DNA from: Candidatus Peribacteria bacterium
GTDB taxonomy: Bacteria > Patescibacteriota > Gracilibacteria > Peribacterales > Peribacteraceae
Direction of reading: 5' to 3'
DNA length: 64,000 nucleotides
Assembly (NCBI GenBank): GCA_023245935.1
Contig: JAHFJM010000002.1
Location: 33,135 to 97,134 of the forward strand
The position numbers and the translations under genes are program-made. A model generated the notes under the pieces. That model was not told where the DNA came from and did no database searches. It worked only from the letters and a program-made list of their open reading frames with translations. This document shows positions 8,402-17,105 of this stretch, one piece after another; the first letter of the stretch is position 1, and every line of letters starts with the position of its first letter.

Positions 8402-10084
8402 GCTATGATAAACAGAATGCAAAAATACACACCACACATGCTTGTTGCTTTTGTTTTTGCAACTTTCGCCGTTGTTGTTCCTCATTTACTGGGGGCTCCG
8501 TTCAACAAAATTACCATTTGCCATACTCCCACAGATCCCGATACGACAATGGAAGTACCGACAAATTCCGTTGATGCTCATTTGAAGCACGGTGATTACC
8601 TTGGTGCCTGTGGCAGCAGTTCGAGTTCGAGTTCGTCCTCGCTGTCTTCCTCTGCGTCATCGAACTCGGTGAGCAGCTCCAGTGTGTCTTCGGAAAGCGG
8701 TTCCACAAGTTCGTCATCGTCCGGTGACGTGAGCAGTGCAAGTTCTTCGTCGGAGAGCAGCGTTGAAAGTTCATCTTCCTCTTCGAGTGACGTGAGCAGC
8801 GAAAGCTCTGCATCCTCCGTATCGGGTGAAGGAAGCAGTGGGAGTTCTTCGTCATCCTCCGATGGAGACAACGACACCGGCAGTACCGACGTTACACCGG
8901 CAACAGAAACACCGGTGAATAGCGGACAGAGCGATGGAGCCGGGGACAGCGTGTCTCCGCTGGAAGCAATTTTCAGCGGTCATGGACTCGCAGAGCACGC
9001 ATCAGCGGTCAATTTCGTCCTGAGTTCATACGATTTGCAGGCAAAATCGATCTACTCATTCGGTGATCTGGGAAGCGTACCCCAAACATTCCTGCCTGAA
9101 CCGACAGACAGTATCGCAAGAAAAAACGCAGCCATCTGCAGCATGTTCCGATACTTCCAGAATCTCCAGACGGTTCGACCGTTTACGCCCGATGACTACG
9201 TCGATTGGATTGCGGCAAAACTCGGAAGCACCCTCGGAGAAGATCCCGAGCAAATGAAAGCCGCAATTCTCGGTCGTCCCCCGGTTCATCCGTTCTCGGA
9301 TGCATTGGTGCAAGGAATGAAGGATCAAGGTTGTGCTGCGAATGCGTACGTCTACACGCCGCCTTCGATCGAATCCGGCACTCTCGTACCGGAGACTTCT
9401 GCACACGCAGCAGCCCAAGACGAATCATTGCCGCATAGTCACACATCCGATGATTTCCAGGTGAAAGACACAAGCACCGACACCGAACTGATCTTCTCGA
9501 TCATGCATGACGGCGAGGTCTTCAAAGAATTCGGAAGCAATCTCACACATGAAATGCACATGATCATCGTTCGTGACGATCTGCAGCATTTCTACCACAT
9601 CCATCCCGCCAGAAACAGGCTTGGCGAATGGCACATTCCGTTCGCTCCGACCGTTGGAGGCACGTACTGGATCTACGTCAACTTCAGAGATCGAAGCGGA
9701 GAGTCGTACGGTCTGCGATTCGTACGCACCTATCCGGGCGCTGAAGGGGAAAACGGCGAGACGTTGGATTTCAGTCAGGAGAAAACTCTCGACTCGTATC
9801 ATTTCCGATTTGATCCCGTCGAGACCGGCAATGGCATGACCTTCACCTACACGATCACCGATGACACGGGAAAATCTGTGCACCCGCAGGAATTCATGGG
9901 TGCATTCGGTCATCAGATCATCGTATCCACGAACGGCTACTTCAGCCATTCGCACCCCGTGGTACGCGTGAATGAAAATCCGGTCTTCTACGTCGACACT
10001 CCTCCGACCGGTCTCTACATGATTTTCGTGTCGTTCGATATCAACGGCAAAGAGTACACGCTCGCTTTCCGCTGGGCGCACTAA
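8402..10084 (+). CDS. large secreted protein: N-terminal ICH...AHL.HGD motif, Ser-rich linker, and a C-terminal tandem His-motif beta-domain
   Basis: Hydrophobic N-terminus HMLVAFVFATFAVVVPHLLG, about 90 aa of poly-Ser low complexity, and C-terminal motifs HEMHMIIVRDDLQHFYHIHP and GAFGHQIIVSTNGYFSHSHP. The start is uncertain (TTG 8378, ATG 8402 or ATG 8414). Confidence 0.6.
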   Translation, partial: AMINRMQKYTPHMLVAFVFATFAVVVPHLLGAPFNKITICHTPTDPDTTMEVPTNSVDAHLKHGDYLGACGSSSSSSSSSLSSSASSNSVSSSSVSSESGSTSSSSSGDVSSASSSSESSVESSSSSSSDVSSESSASSVSGEGSSGSSSSSSDGDNDTGSTDVTPATETPVNSGQSDGAGDSVSPLEAIFSGHGLAEHASAVNFVLSSYDLQAKSIYSFGDLGSVPQTFLPEPTDSIARKNAAICSMFRYFQNLQTVRPFTPDDYVDWIAAKLGSTLGEDPEQMKAAILGRPPVHPFSDALVQGMKDQGCAANAYVYTPPSIESGTLVPETSAHAAAQDESLPHSHTSDDFQVKDTSTDTELIFSIMHDGEVFKEFGSNLTHEMHMIIVRDDLQHFYHIHPARNRLGEWHIPFAPTVGGTYWIYVNFRDRSGESYGLRFVRTYPGAEGENGETLDFSQEKTLDSYHFRFDPVETGNGMTFTYTITDDTGKSVHPQEFMGAFGHQIIVSTNGYFSHSHPVVRVNENPVFYVDTPPTGLYMIFVSFDINGKEYTLAFRWAH

Positions 10085-10542
10085 GAGAAGAGTCTTCCTG
10101 TTTTCTCCGTGACAAGAATACGGAAGAGTGTGGATTTTTTACTGTTCAACGTGAGCGGAGCTGCCCCATCGGCAAATGAAAAAGGAATGACGATTCCGAC
10201 ATTTTTCTGAATGCCGCTGAGACGCTTCGTCAGCAATGCGACAATCTGCGCCGCCTCGCCTTTCTCCAGTTTTTCAAAATCCAGTTCCTCAAACGTCCCC
10301 CAGCACATCGCGCTTCGCCACTCTCCTTCTCCCTGACGCTGCACCTGAAAACACACGGAAGGATTTCTGCGGAGAATGTCCGTCTTTTTTCCCTCCGTCG
10401 TCTGCCCGTAGATCACGTTCTCATGGTACACATACGCGAGAGGAAGAACATACGGACGGGAGCCGTCGGCACATCCGAGAGAACCGAACACCTCCGATTG
10501 CAGCAGTGCATCCGTTTCGCCGGTCGAGAGTGTCCGTTCCAT
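10081..10542 (-). CDS. pyridoxamine 5'-phosphate oxidase-family (flavin-binding split-barrel) protein
   Basis: GSLGCADGSRPYVLPLAYVYHENVIYGQTTEGKKTDILRRNPSVCFQV is typical of the Pyridox_ox_2-type fold. Confidence 0.65.
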   Translation of the reverse strand: MERTLSTGETDALLQSEVFGSLGCADGSRPYVLPLAYVYHENVIYGQTTEGKKTDILRRNPSVCFQVQRQGEGEWRSAMCWGTFEELDFEKLEKGEAAQIVALLTKRLSGIQKNVGIVIPFSFADGAAPLTLNSKKSTLFRILVTEKTGRLFS

Positions 10543-10569
10543 GGTTGCAGTGTAGCAGGTGGCGAGAGA

Positions 10570-11124
10570 TCAGATCATGCCAATCGCCTGTTGAATGGCT
10601 CTCGCAACCGTTCCCGGATGCGGCACTCTCGAAATCAATGCTTTCTTCTCGAACGTCAGATCCCCGTAATTCAGGACGGATTGAAGGAAAGTCTTCTTAT
10701 GAGCCTCGACGGTCTTCATCTTCTCGAATGCGATTTCGACGATATCCTCATCGTAGAGAAGACCTGCGTGCGCGTAGACAACACGCTTGCTGGTCACGAT
10801 GATATCCACTTGCGATTCCGCAAGCAGGAACCAGAAAAACCAATGATGCGTGCAGGTGAGAATTACGAGCCCGATCGAGAATGCCAGCATTGAAAACCCC
10901 GTATCCGATGATGCAAACACGAAACCCGACGTAAGAACGATCCCCGCCGCGGTCAGAATGAGGTAGACGAGAAACGGGAAGACGTACTTGATCCAGTGTT
11001 CATCGGAGATGAGAATCAATCGTTCATTCTGCATCACGTGCGGTCGAATCGATTCACGCCTGACCCAGTAACGATTCAATGTGGTAAGCGCCGAAAGATC
11101 CGAAGGAGAAGAGTCGTCTTTCAT
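10570..11124 (-). CDS. membrane protein with a bacterial PH (YdbS/YdbT-like) domain
   Basis: Two TM helices are followed by IIVTSKRVVYAHAGLLYDEDIVEIAFEKMKTVEA. The start was set to MKDDSS (ATG 11124), directly after the stop of the upstream ORF. Confidence 0.5.
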   Translation of the reverse strand: MKDDSSPSDLSALTTLNRYWVRRESIRPHVMQNERLILISDEHWIKYVFPFLVYLILTAAGIVLTSGFVFASSDTGFSMLAFSIGLVILTCTHHWFFWFLLAESQVDIIVTSKRVVYAHAGLLYDEDIVEIAFEKMKTVEAHKKTFLQSVLNYGDLTFEKKALISRVPHPGTVARAIQQAIGMI

Positions 11125-11126
11125 GA

Positions 11127-11399
11127 TCAGAAAAAATTTGGAGCGAGAAACGGTGCGACGGAAAGAAGAATCATGAGCAGTGTCACAAAGACGTACGCCC
11201 ATCCAAGAAAGCTAATCCGAGGCGGTTTCTTCAAACTTCCTCCAACGTGAAGCACAGACAGAAATGCGTGACGATCGATGCAGAGCCTGTGGTGCAGAAC
11301 CAGACCGAAACAGAGGACTGCCACGGAGAGAAGATCGATGATGAGGACGGTCGTCTGAACGGGCGTCATACGTTGTTGCTCAAGAAAGAATACGGGCAT
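11127..11399 (-). CDS. small membrane protein, hypothetical
   Basis: 90 aa with about 3 hydrophobic segments. Its stop is 2 nt from the next start codon. Confidence 0.45.
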   Translation of the reverse strand: MPVFFLEQQRMTPVQTTVLIIDLLSVAVLCFGLVLHHRLCIDRHAFLSVLHVGGSLKKPPRISFLGWAYVFVTLLMILLSVAPFLAPNFF

Positions 11400-11454
11400 C
11401 GTATCAGCTTGTCTCGCAGGATGAAATCCGCTCCAATGCAGGTGTCGTAATATT

Positions 11455-11482
11455 TTGCAAATACTTTTTATTATGTTATAAT
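11455..11482 (+). promoter_or_regulatory. sigma70-like promoter TTGCAA-N16-TATAAT; the ATG lies 6 nt after the -10 (leaderless)
   Basis: The sequence reads ttTTGCAAatactttttattatgtTATAATattcttATG. Confidence 0.55.
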
Positions 11483-11488
11483 ATTCTT

Positions 11489-11758
11489 ATGGAACTGCAC
11501 ATTCAGCATGAAGCCAATGCGATACTTCAAAAAATCGAAGGAGGAAAACTAAGGCATGTGCCCGATTCTGAACGAAGATCGGCTGTTATCCGTGCAATAG
11601 AATTCGGTACCATTCGCACAGACATGGCTGTCGATGAGCTTCTGAAACACATCGATGCGAGCGAAGCGCAAATGGATGTGCATTCCGATGCCAGTGACCC
11701 CAAAGAGCGAGAAGCTGCTCAACGCTGCAACTTCGGAAGATCGCAGATGATGTTCTGA
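11489..11758 (+). CDS. hypothetical protein (89 aa)
   Basis: ORF sits directly behind a strong promoter. No homology recognised. Its 3' end overlaps the convergent dehydrogenase gene by 40 nt. Confidence 0.4.
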   Translation: MELHIQHEANAILQKIEGGKLRHVPDSERRSAVIRAIEFGTIRTDMAVDELLKHIDASEAQMDVHSDASDPKEREAAQRCNFGRSQMMF

Positions 11759-12702
11759 GATTTGATCATGTGCTCAATAATTTTCCCAGCTGCCCACTCA
11801 TCGATGCTCTGGAAACTGTCCTGATACATGTTCTTCATCGAATCATCGGCGTAGAACGCAATGTGCGGTGTCGCCACCACTCTCGGATGTGAGATCAGCG
11901 CTCTGTTCTCTTCGAAATTCTGTTCGTGCTCAAGGACATCAAGCAGTGCGTATCGGACTTTGCCGCTCTTCAACGCATCGAGAAGCGCATGCGAATCGAT
12001 GAGCGCGCCGCGAGCGGTGTTCACGAGCACAACGCCGTCTTTCATCGATTCGAACGCCGACGCATCGATGATGTGTTCCGTCTCTTTCGTATCCGGCAGA
12101 TGCAGCGTGATGACATCGCTCTGCTGCAGAAGCTCGGGAAGCGCGACGTACGCAACACCGAAACGTTCGACGAGTTCGAGGGTACGACACTGATCCACAG
12201 CCAGAATTTTCATTCCGAACCCGCTTGCAATCTTCGCAACGCATCGCCCTATTTTCCCGGTACCGATGATCCCCATCGTTTTGCCCTTCAGTGCCATTCC
12301 GCGAAGTCCGTGATAATCGAAAATTCCCTCTCCCGTTTTCTTTTGACCTTCGGGAATATGCCGAAGCGTCGAGAGAAGAAGGGCAAAGACATGCTCCGCA
12401 ACCACATGCGAACCGTAATCGGGAACGTTGCAGACGGCAATTCCCCTCTTCTCGCATGCATCGGTATCGATGTGATCGTAACCGACGGACCTCGTGCACA
12501 GGAGCTTGAGTTTCGGCAACGCCTCGATGATCTCAGCAGTGAAATTCGTATGGATGAAGCACGAAATCACTTCCGCATCGATGCAAGCTTTGACGAGCTC
12601 TTTGCCAGCGAGCACGCCCTCGATGACCGAAGCTTCCGGGAATCGTTTCAACACCGACGCACGGTCTTCTTTGTCCACCTCCAGAAACGTGATGTGTGTC
12701 AT
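11719..12702 (-). CDS. D-isomer-specific 2-hydroxyacid dehydrogenase (D-lactate/phosphoglycerate dehydrogenase family)
   Basis: NAD-binding GIIGTGKIGRCVAKIASGFGMKILAVD and catalytic region LVNTARGALID...ATPHIAF. Start set to MTHITFLEV (ATG 12702). Confidence 0.85.
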   Translation of the reverse strand: MTHITFLEVDKEDRASVLKRFPEASVIEGVLAGKELVKACIDAEVISCFIHTNFTAEIIEALPKLKLLCTRSVGYDHIDTDACEKRGIAVCNVPDYGSHVVAEHVFALLLSTLRHIPEGQKKTGEGIFDYHGLRGMALKGKTMGIIGTGKIGRCVAKIASGFGMKILAVDQCRTLELVERFGVAYVALPELLQQSDVITLHLPDTKETEHIIDASAFESMKDGVVLVNTARGALIDSHALLDALKSGKVRYALLDVLEHEQNFEENRALISHPRVVATPHIAFYADDSMKNMYQDSFQSIDEWAAGKIIEHMIKSQNIICDLPKLQR

Positions 12703-12712
12703 GGACTCAGTA

Positions 12713-12718
12713 TACAAT
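12713..12718 (+). promoter_or_regulatory. -10-like TACAAT, 7 nt upstream of the ATG at 12726 (leaderless-type)
   Basis: The sequence reads gtaTACAATacaggtgATG. Only 23 nt separate the two divergent start codons. Confidence 0.4.
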
Positions 12719-12725
12719 ACAGGTG

Positions 12726-13985
12726 ATGAAAAAGGATTTATCGATCGTGCTGATACCGTTCGTCTACTTCATCGCGGGAGCGACGAGTCTCGCCACCGTT
12801 GCGACGACGTTCTTCTATAAGGACGACATCGGTCTCTCGATTGCGCAGGTGCAGATCCTCGGATCGATTGCGATCATTCCGTGGAGCATCAAGCCGATTT
12901 ACGGCTTCATCTCCGATCGGGTTCCTGTCTGGAATCTTCGTCGCAAACCGTACCTCTTCGTCGCAGGACTCTTCGGTGCGGCAGGATATTTGATGATGGC
13001 GACGATCGTGCAAGGATTTTCCGGAGCGATCGTCGCAAGCGTGATCTCGGCACTCGGCTTCGCGCTTGCTGATGTCATCGTGGACGGCATTGTTGCCGAG
13101 CGGAGCAGAACACAGAAAGAAGCGGGCAAACTGCAAGTCGTGTGTCGCGCATCGCTGATGATCGGCGCAATCGCCGTCTCGTACCTCTCCGGTGTTCTCG
13201 TCGAGAGAATCGGCGCAAGGAACGTCTTCTTCATCACGGGAAGTCTGCCGATCTTCACATCGGTCTTCGCTCTGCTGATGAGCGAAAAACAGGATCCGGC
13301 GATTCTGAAAACCACCGTTCGCGAATTCCTGCGAAGCATCAGAAAAATATGCACGCCTGCACTGCTGTGGTCGATCGCCTTCTTGTTTCTGTGGAGGGCA
13401 ACACCCACGAGCGGCAGCGCATTCAGTTACTTCCTGATCGACGAACTGAAATTCAAACCCGAGTTCTTCGGAACACTGTCGCTCGTCAGCAATGTCACGG
13501 CGATCTTCGGCATTCTCGTCTTCCGGAAATTCCTCCTCAGTTTGCCGCTCAAGAAGCTGTTTCTCTGGATCGTGATCCTCAGCATCGTGCTCTCACTGCC
13601 GAGTCTCGGGCTCGTCTACGGCTGGTACAACATTCTCGGCATGAGTCCGAAGTTCTTCGCCGTCGCCGACACGGCAATCGGCGGGGCGCTGCAGGAGATC
13701 GGCTTCCTCCCACTCCTCGTCCTCGCCGCACGCCTGTGTCCGAAAGGCATGGAGGCAACGATGTTCGCGCTGCTCGCGAGCATCATGAACATCGGACTTG
13801 CCGTCAGCGACCTCGGAGGTGCATGGCTCACGACAATTTTTCACGTTCACGGAGCAGAAGCAAATATCACAGCAGATTACACGAATCTCGGCATCTTGAT
13901 GTGGATCGCAATCCTCTCGAGCGCACTGCCGCTGCCGCTTCTGCCATTCCTTCCTGAAACAAGAGAAAAAAGTGAGATTGCGTGA
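12726..13985 (+). CDS. folate/biopterin transporter (BT1 family, MFS-like)
   Basis: FFYKDDIGLSIAQVQILGSIAIIPWSIKPIYGFISDRVPVWNLRRKPY matches the conserved BT1 N-terminal signature. About 12 TM segments. Confidence 0.75.
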   Translation: MKKDLSIVLIPFVYFIAGATSLATVATTFFYKDDIGLSIAQVQILGSIAIIPWSIKPIYGFISDRVPVWNLRRKPYLFVAGLFGAAGYLMMATIVQGFSGAIVASVISALGFALADVIVDGIVAERSRTQKEAGKLQVVCRASLMIGAIAVSYLSGVLVERIGARNVFFITGSLPIFTSVFALLMSEKQDPAILKTTVREFLRSIRKICTPALLWSIAFLFLWRATPTSGSAFSYFLIDELKFKPEFFGTLSLVSNVTAIFGILVFRKFLLSLPLKKLFLWIVILSIVLSLPSLGLVYGWYNILGMSPKFFAVADTAIGGALQEIGFLPLLVLAARLCPKGMEATMFALLASIMNIGLAVSDLGGAWLTTIFHVHGAEANITADYTNLGILMWIAILSSALPLPLLPFLPETREKSEIA

Positions 13986-13992
13986 GAGAGCA

Positions 13993-14649
13993 TCATCGAA
14001 TGGCTTCTCTCGTGAGAGCTTTCAGAACGGCAAATGCACGATCTGCATCGGCATCGGAAACGACAAACGTAATTTCGGTGAAGTATGAAACGATTTGATA
14101 CACGCTAATCTGCTGCCACGCGAGTGCCTGTACGAACGGTGAGAACACGCCCGGAATTTGCATCACCTCCGGTGGCATGCGGACGCTGATCGCTGACAGG
14201 TTTACATATTCAGCCACTTTCTTCTGTTTGGCAGCTAATTTTTTGAGCAGGGGAAGGCAGCCGTCACTCACCATGAACGATGACTCGTGCGAGCCTTGCG
14301 CAAAGTGAATGAAGAGATCGTTCGAACGATCGGACAGTATTCGATGATGGATCTCTTCGAGAGAGGGCGAATTTTGGTAGATGAGAGATGTGAGACCGCT
14401 CCTAAGCGCAATGTTGCGGATCGGATGCAACGCACCGAGCGGCTTCCGACTCTTTCGAAGACCTGCGGCAAGACGCTTGAGAGCAATCGTGATCGATCCC
14501 TCCGAAACGGGCTCCAGAAGGAGCTTTTCAATCGAAGGCTGAATCTTCCTCGCGAGCGAACTGAAGTTGACGATCTCCTGCAAGATCGCTTCACCGTAGA
14601 TCGGCGACGCACCGATGGCACTCTCGACGGCTTGTGTGATGGTGAGCAT
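13993..14649 (-). CDS. ACT-domain-like protein, possible amino-acid-sensing regulator
   Basis: The C-terminus LSAISVRMPPEVMQIPGVFSPFVQALAWQQISVYQIVSYFTEITFVVSDADADRAFAVLKAL resembles aspartokinase-type ACT domains. Divergent from metE. Start set to MLTITQ. Confidence 0.45.
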   Translation of the reverse strand: MLTITQAVESAIGASPIYGEAILQEIVNFSSLARKIQPSIEKLLLEPVSEGSITIALKRLAAGLRKSRKPLGALHPIRNIALRSGLTSLIYQNSPSLEEIHHRILSDRSNDLFIHFAQGSHESSFMVSDGCLPLLKKLAAKQKKVAEYVNLSAISVRMPPEVMQIPGVFSPFVQALAWQQISVYQIVSYFTEITFVVSDADADRAFAVLKALTREAIR

Positions 14650-14777
14650 ACATAAATTATATCGATTTGTATGAAAACATACAATATTATTATTTTTATA
14701 CAAAAATTATCAAAAATTTCACATCCTGATTCGATCTCTTTAGGGTGACGACGCTTCATCCCCTTCCCCACTCTCTC

Positions 14778-17105
14778 ATGTCCGTTCTCACCTCCAACCT
14801 CGGCTACCCACGCATCGGCGAAGACCGCGAATTGAAACTCGCACTCGAAGGCTACTGGTCCGGTACACGATCTTCCGGTGAACTCGAGACAGTTGCTAAA
14901 GGAATCCGCTGTCGCAACTGGCAAACACAAAAAGACGCCGGCATCGATCTGATCCCCAGCAACGACTTCAGTCTCTATGACCACGTGCTCGACACGACCT
15001 GCCTCGTCGGTGCGATTCCAACGCGATTCGATCATCCGGGTGGCGAAGTCTCTCTTGAGACCTACTTCGCACTCGCCCGCGGCAGAGAGAGGATCCAAGA
15101 AACGTGCTCATGCGCACACGAAGCCGTCTCCGGTGTTGTCGCACAGAATCTGCGAAAGTGGTTCGATACCAACTATCACTACCTCGTCCCCGAGCTTTCG
15201 AGAGATCAGCAGTTCAGTCTCTCTTCCGAGAAGCCGTTTCGTGAATTTCGCGAAGCCCTTGAAAAAAATATTCGAACGAAGCCCGTTCTCCTCGGTCCCG
15301 TGTCGTACCTGCTCCTCGGACAGTGTGACGGCGAGCCATTCGATCGGACGGAACTGCTGGATCGGCTGCTGCCGGTGTATGGCGAGATTCTCACAAAACT
15401 CAGAGACGAAGGAGCCGAGTGGGTGCAACTTGATGAACCGACTCTCGCTCTCGACCTCTCGTCACACGAGAAACAGGCATTCGCACTTGCCTACGAAAAA
15501 CTGCGCGCAGACGCAGGAGACCTGAAGATTCTTCTCGGCACCTACTTCGGAGAACTGCGCGACAATCTCGATCTCACGCTTGCATTGCCGGTTCATGCGG
15601 TTCACCTCGATGCGGTGGAAGCACCCGGAGAAGCTGCGCGTGCAATCAACACGGTTCCCGAAGGAAAAGCGCTGTCTCTAGGCGTCATCGACGGAAGGAA
15701 TGTATGGAAGAACGATCTGGAACGTTCACTGGAGCTTCTGAAACACGCAAAGAACACACTGGGTGAAGAACGACTGATTCTCTCCCCATCGAGTTCTCTG
15801 CTGCATGTTCCTCACTCAGTCGAACGCGAAAAGAATTTGAATCACACCGTGCATTCGTGGCTGGCATTCGCACGCGAAAAACTGCAGGAACTCCTGATAC
15901 TGCAAAGCGCTCTCAACGAGGAATCGACGGCACTCTCGGCATGCAGGGAACGCACGATCGCATTGAATGCGAAGTCCAACCATCCCCTTGTCCGCAATGA
16001 CAATGTACGAAGAGAGACTGCAAAAATCGAGCAAGAAGGAATCCCGTATCGCAGTCCGATTGTCGAGCGACGGCAGGCACAGGAAGCCCTGCACCTTCCC
16101 GTCCTTCCGACCACCACCATCGGATCATTCCCGCAGACACAGACGATCCGAAGTGCAAGATCCAAGCACGGTAAAGGACAGATTTCCGATGCCGAGTACG
16201 ATGCTTTCCTGAAAGCGGAAATCGCAGACGTCATCAAAAAACAGGAAGAGACCGGACTGGATGTTCTCGTCCACGGAGAATCGGAACGCAACGACATGGT
16301 GCAGTACTTTGCGGATCACCTGGACGGGTTTGCATCGACCGAGCATGGGTGGGTGCAAAGTTTCGGTTCGCGATGCGTCCGTCCACCCATCATTTACGGA
16401 GAAGTTTCGCGTCCATCTCCGATCACCGTAGAATGGGCAACGTACGCCCAATCCCTGACGGAGAAGCCTGTAAAGGGCATGCTCACCGGTCCTGTCACCA
16501 TGCTCCACTGGAGCTTTGTCCGTGATGATATTCCTCACGCATCGACCTGTAAGCAGATCGCGAAAGCAATACGCGATGAAGTACAAGATCTTGAACGCGC
16601 AGGTATCCGGATCATTCAGATCGACGAGCCAGGACTCCGTGAAGGACTACCATTGAAAAAACATGCGCAGCCAAAGTATTGGCAGTGGGCAACCGATGCA
16701 TTCCGCTCAACAATAGCAGAGACAAGACCTGAAACGCAGATCCACACTCACACGTGCTATGGAGATGTGAGAGAACTCTTGCCACTTCTCAAAAGTTTGG
16801 ATGTGGACGTCATCACCATCGAGGCAGCACGGTCGAGACTCGCATTTCTCGATGCTCTGAATCCGCAGAAACTGGCATGTGATATCGGTCCGGGCATCTG
16901 GGATATCCACTCTCCCCGTGTGCCATCGACACAGGAATTGGTGGAACTCATCGAGCGCGCACGGGAGTACATTCCCGATGATCGACTCTGGATCAATCCC
17001 GACTGCGGGCTGAAGACGCGCACGCCCGAGCAGGTATGGGAGTCGCTGCGGCATCTCGTCGAGGCAGCACGCATCGTTCGTTCTTCCATTTCCACTCATG
17101 AGTGA
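14778..17105 (+). CDS. metE: cobalamin-independent methionine synthase (5-methyltetrahydropteroyltriglutamate-homocysteine methyltransferase)
   Basis: SNLGYPRIGEDRELK N-terminus, C-terminal domain TTTIGSFPQT...VLVHGE.ERNDMV...IQIDEP...HTHTCY...DCGLKTR. Full length, about 775 aa. Confidence 0.95.
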   Translation: MSVLTSNLGYPRIGEDRELKLALEGYWSGTRSSGELETVAKGIRCRNWQTQKDAGIDLIPSNDFSLYDHVLDTTCLVGAIPTRFDHPGGEVSLETYFALARGRERIQETCSCAHEAVSGVVAQNLRKWFDTNYHYLVPELSRDQQFSLSSEKPFREFREALEKNIRTKPVLLGPVSYLLLGQCDGEPFDRTELLDRLLPVYGEILTKLRDEGAEWVQLDEPTLALDLSSHEKQAFALAYEKLRADAGDLKILLGTYFGELRDNLDLTLALPVHAVHLDAVEAPGEAARAINTVPEGKALSLGVIDGRNVWKNDLERSLELLKHAKNTLGEERLILSPSSSLLHVPHSVEREKNLNHTVHSWLAFAREKLQELLILQSALNEESTALSACRERTIALNAKSNHPLVRNDNVRRETAKIEQEGIPYRSPIVERRQAQEALHLPVLPTTTIGSFPQTQTIRSARSKHGKGQISDAEYDAFLKAEIADVIKKQEETGLDVLVHGESERNDMVQYFADHLDGFASTEHGWVQSFGSRCVRPPIIYGEVSRPSPITVEWATYAQSLTEKPVKGMLTGPVTMLHWSFVRDDIPHASTCKQIAKAIRDEVQDLERAGIRIIQIDEPGLREGLPLKKHAQPKYWQWATDAFRSTIAETRPETQIHTHTCYGDVRELLPLLKSLDVDVITIEAARSRLAFLDALNPQKLACDIGPGIWDIHSPRVPSTQELVELIERAREYIPDDRLWINPDCGLKTRTPEQVWESLRHLVEAARIVRSSISTHE

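Noticed and set aside
8596-8877. Acidic (Glu/Asp/Leu-rich) minus-strand ORF, and the analogous plus-strand ORF 61977..62279.
   Set aside because: Both are mirror images of poly-Ser coding tracts (AGC/TCN repeats) in well-supported secreted-protein genes.
7849-10084. Possibility that the Hcp-like gene marks a type VI secretion or contractile injection locus.
   Set aside because: No sheath, baseplate, VgrG/spike, ATPase or membrane-complex genes are present on either side within the window. It is treated as an orphan Hcp-fold protein instead.
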